From assembly GCA_965153285.1 (NCBI GenBank), contig OZ229129.1: 64,000 nt of DNA. One strand, given 5' to 3'. Source of the stretch: Podarcis tiliguerta. Lineage: Eukaryota. The notes beneath the pieces were generated by a model, which worked only from the letters and a program-made list of their open reading frames with translations, did no database searches and was not told the origin of the DNA. Below, one piece after another: positions 61,138 to 64,000 of this stretch. A program made the position numbers and the translations under genes. Every line of letters starts with the position of its first letter. Position 1 is the first letter of the stretch.

Positions 61138-61490
61138 CCGTATTTTTCGCTCTAGAGGACACACTTTTTCCCTTCTAAAAAGTAAGGGAAAATGTGTGTG
61201 TGTCTTATGGAGCGAATGCAGGCTGCGCGGCTAAGCCCAAAGCCAGAACAGAGAGACAGAGCGCTGCGCAGTGCTCCATCTCGCTGTTCTAGCTTGGGGT
61301 TAGCTGCGCAAAGCTTCCGCGGAGGCTTCAAAGGCTGTCCCTGAAGCCAGAACAGCAAGAGGCTATCCCAGAAGCCAGATCCCTCTGGCTGTTCTGGCTT
61401 CTGGGGTTCAGAATTTTTTTATTCTTGTTTCCTCCCCCCAAACTAGGTGCATCTTATCATCCGGTGCATCCTATAGAGCGAAAAATACAG
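61138..61490. mobile_element. Tc1/mariner-pogo-type MITE
   Basis: TIR ccgtatttttcgctcta / tagagcgaaaaatacag; TA flanks. Confidence 0.85.
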
Positions 61491-61727
61491 TAATTGTCAA
61501 ATTGCACCTTGAACCTAAGTTACGGTCATCACAGCAGAATGTCTAGGTACCTTTTTTAAACTGTGAAATTTATTGTTATTGTTATTATTATTATTCATTG
61601 CATTTATACACCACTTTATATTTAAAAAAAAAAAATCTCAAAGTGGTTTACAACATATTAAAACATCAAATAAAACAATCCGGTATAAAACAAATTCAAG
61701 CTTCAAGGAAAATATTTTGGATCCTTC

Positions 61728-62700
61728 CAGGGTGGATTCGATTTAAATTAAATTTCTTTAAATCACGATTTAAATCACTAATCAGTAAGACTTGATTTAA
61801 ATCACTAATCAGTAAGACTTGATTTAAATCATTTTTTTTACAGAAACACTCATTCTTGCTAGTATGATCTTAATATTTACAACCAGATGAAGGTTTCATT
61901 TTTGGAATAAAAAAAATTCAGAGTAGTTTTTACAGTTATATCAAAAATTACTGATTTGGTTATACTATTAGAAATACAGTGGTGCCCCGCAAGACGAATG
62001 CCTCGCAAGACGGAAAACCCGCTAGACAAAAGGGTTTTCTGTTTTGGAGGTGCTTCGCAGGACGAATTTCCTATGGGCTTGCTTCGCAAGACGAAAATGT
62101 CTTGCGATTCCTGGGGTGGTTTTTTTCGCTCCCCACCCCCTTTTTCTAAGGCACTAAGCTGCTAAAAGCCTTTTAGCAGCTAATCCACTAATCCCTTAAG
62201 CCTTTAATAGCCGCTAATAGCTGCTAAACCGCTAATAGCGCTAATCCGCTAATGGGCTTGCTTCGGAAGACGAAAAAACTGCTAGATGAAGAGACTCACG
62301 GAACAGACTCTTTTCGTCTTGCGAGGCACCACTGTACATAGACCATTAATTATGAAATTATAGTGAGGTTTAATAAGTTAACTGTTTGCATTTGGACATC
62401 CTTTCCACTATACTTTATTGGAATGAGAAAAATAATCATTTCCTTAATAACAATTTAAACCATTTATTTAACTAAGACAATACTGTAACATTAAAGCATA
62501 CATATCCATCTTTGTTAACTGATGTGGTTAAACAAAAAAATTTAATTAAAAAAATTTAATTTCAGCACACATGAGAAACTTAAACAAATCCTTATTTCCT
62601 GATGAAAAGCCTTTGGACTATAATGTAACTTAAATAGAAAACTATCTTTAAAAATATTTTTCCTCCAAAAGCATTTTATTTTAAAAATCTCATTTGACAT
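61728..62700. mobile_element. AT-rich probable DNA-transposon remnant with gatttaaatc repeats, host of MITE copy A
   Basis: Starts cagggtggattcgatttaaat; repeated gatttaaatc motifs including a 27-bp tandem at about 61768-61831; very AT-rich body. The right end is unclear. Confidence 0.45.
61977..62334. mobile_element. Tc1/mariner (Tigger-like) MITE, copy A
   Basis: TIR cagtggtgccccgcaagacgaa / ttcgtcttgcgaggcaccactg; TA flanks; internal cgcaagacgaa repeats. Confidence 0.88.
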
Positions 62701-62944
62701 TTTGTTTTCTCCATAGTTATTTACCTACTTAATTTATATAGCTGCCCCTTAGCAAAAGTACTCTAGGAAGCCACCATGGTGTAGTGGTTATCGAGTGTCG
62801 GACCAGGACCTGGGAGATCAACTCCCCACTCAAGTCATGACCTTGGGCTAGTCACAGCCTCTAAACCCACCTCACAGGGTTGTTGTACGAATTAACTGAC
62901 AAGGGGGTGAACCATGTACTCCTTGCAGAATATGGTGGGATATA

Positions 62945-63312
62945 CAGTGGTGCCCCGCAAGACGAATGCCTCGCAAGACGGAAAACCCGCAAGACGAAAG
63001 GGTTTTCCGTTTGCAGAGGCGCTTCGCAAGACGAATTTCCCTATGGGCTTGCTTTGCAAGACGAAAAATGACGAAAATTTTTGAGGGGTTTTTTCCGCTC
63101 CAAAACCCCTTTTTCTGAAGCGCTAAGCTGCTAAAAGCCTTTTAGCAGCAAAACCGCTAATCCCTTAAGCCTTAAAAAGCCGTTTTTAGCCCTTAAACTG
63201 CCAATAGCGCTAATAGCGCTACTCCGCTAATGGGCTTGCTTCGCAAGACAAAAAAACCGCAAGACGAAAAGACTCACGGAACGGATTCTTTTCGTCTTGC
63301 GAGGCACCACTG
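62945..63312. mobile_element. Tc1/mariner (Tigger-like) MITE, copy B
   Basis: Same TIRs and body as copy A, same orientation; TA flanks. Confidence 0.88.
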
Positions 63313-64000
63313 TAAATGCAATAAATAAGCCCTTCTGCTTACCTGCTTAAGAAAGCTGGAGAGGCTAGCCAGATGGAGATATCGGTTGCCAACCTGGCAT
63401 CCAAAGATCTCCATGTGATCGCTAATGGACCTGCACCAGCTGCAAAACTCACATGATGCCTGGCTGTGTGCAGCCTGTGAGTTCAGGGTTGAAGTACTCT
63501 TGAAACCCACTTTGGTATGAAAAGCTGGGTTGCTGGTAACGCAAGAGCATAAGAGGCCTGCTGGAACAGGACAATGACCCCTTTAGTCCAGCATCCTGTT
63601 CTCACAGTGGCCAACCAGATGCTTGTGGTAAACCCACAAGCAAGCACAAAAGCACTCTTCCCTCCTGTGGTTTCCAGCAACTGGTGCCAGGATCAAAGCA
63701 TGTTGGCAAGAGGCCCTTATTTTGCCGGGTGCTGTCAAGTCTTTCAACTCACTTCAACCTCTGATTAGCACCACCCCCCTCCAAATGCGTAGGCAAACGA
63801 AGGGCAAAAGCAAGCACAGAAGTGACTCTCCCAGAACAACACATGTTAGAAGATGTGTGCGCTCAATCAGACACCTCCCAGCCCCATCACTGCTCACATA
63901 ATGTAGGAAGCTGCAGTATACAGAGACCAACTACCTGATCACCTGGGAAAGTATTGTGAGAGGCAGGGTCTCTCAAGGGTCCGAGGCAGATCCTTCTAAC

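Overview
Vertebrate genomic DNA from a squamate reptile, probably a lacertid lizard (inferred from Sauria-type SINEs, BovB, CR1 and L2 repeats). The whole window lies inside RABGAP1 on the minus strand. I traced 14 internal coding exons (about human exons 3-16: PTB domain, linker and start of the TBC Rab-GAP domain), all with GT-AG boundaries and continuous phase; both gene ends lie outside the window. A 31.1-kb intron (8842-39961) holds the same-strand, single-coding-exon orphan GPCR GPR21 (28994-30052) with its own CpG-island promoter. The introns are dense in transposons: a young CR1 with an open RT frame, BovB, L2, SINEs, and hAT and Tc1/mariner MITEs with clear TSDs. The most unusual element is at 14677-15248, a tandem pair of long palindromes in (TA)n that carries four minimal hammerhead-ribozyme motifs, two per strand, of the Penelope-like type. 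A second, unrelated 130-bp TSD-flanked element at 40252-40381 also begins with a hammerhead fold. Further candidates are a CpG-island first exon that GPR21 may share with a short RABGAP1 isoform, an alternative RABGAP1 terminal exon upstream of GPR21, overlapping uORFs, a four-element transposon nest and a composite SINE insertion. Gene and repeat-family names come from remembered sequences, not database searches; exon numbers are approximate human analogies.
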